This document shows positions 63,786-64,000 of a DNA stretch of 64,000 nucleotides, piece by piece. The notes below the pieces were generated by a model, which was given only the letters and a program-made list of their open reading frames with translations, was not told the origin of the DNA and did no database searches. The position numbers and the translations under genes were made by a program. Origin of the DNA: Eledone cirrhosa (taxonomy: Eukaryota). The DNA lies in contig OZ024741.1 in the NCBI GenBank assembly GCA_964016885.1, forward strand, positions 240,250,001-240,314,000, read 5' to 3'. Position 1 is the stretch's first letter; every line of letters begins with the position of its first letter.

Positions 63786-64000
63786 TCATCATAATCAACC
63801 TTTTACACATGGTTTTTCATGCTTGCTTGGGTTGGATGGGTCTTTTTCAGCTCAGCCACCCACCATTTGTTGCATTCACTCAACATTACTTCCATGAGGT
63901 TTAGCATTTTAATATCCATATCCACTTTCATCACTTCTGCCCAGGTCTTTCTTGGTCTTCTTCTGCAACTCCCTTCCATTGGGATCTTTTGCCTCTTCTT
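63786..64000 (-). mobile_element. RTE LINE 3' end, continues beyond window
   Basis: Tail CATGCTTGCTTGGGTTGGATGG; minus-strand RRPRKTWAEVMKVD. Confidence 0.7.

Overview
AT-rich, repeat-dense animal genomic DNA, almost certainly a coleoid cephalopod (Octopus-like). This is inferred from the protocadherin type, SINE domains and (TA)n density. The only clear host gene is a minus-strand six-cadherin-repeat protocadherin encoded in one large exon (about 29.0-31.4 kb). The rest is mobile DNA and repeats: an RTE-type LINE and several LINE 3' ends; a decayed CsRN1-like Ty3/Gypsy element (5.6-11.2 kb); two insertions of a second compact Gypsy family (a fold-back copy at 13.7-18.1 kb and a complete copy with a 5-bp TSD at 43.0-47.2 kb); CRE-type endonuclease fragments; Helitron-like units; hAT fossils and MITEs; many SINEs; and 45/46-bp minisatellites. 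Most notable: (i) the complete Gypsy has no TGG-type PBS, but the 12 nt abutting its 5' LTR are the exact complement of nt 1-12 of animal tRNA-Phe; (ii) several short (TA)n-embedded Penelope-like units carry hammerhead ribozymes, often as inverted pairs, including a variant-core family; (iii) the fold-back LTR element and an LTR element whose 5' LTR is preceded by its own PPT. All alignments were done by eye, and the boundaries of degenerate repeats are approximate.
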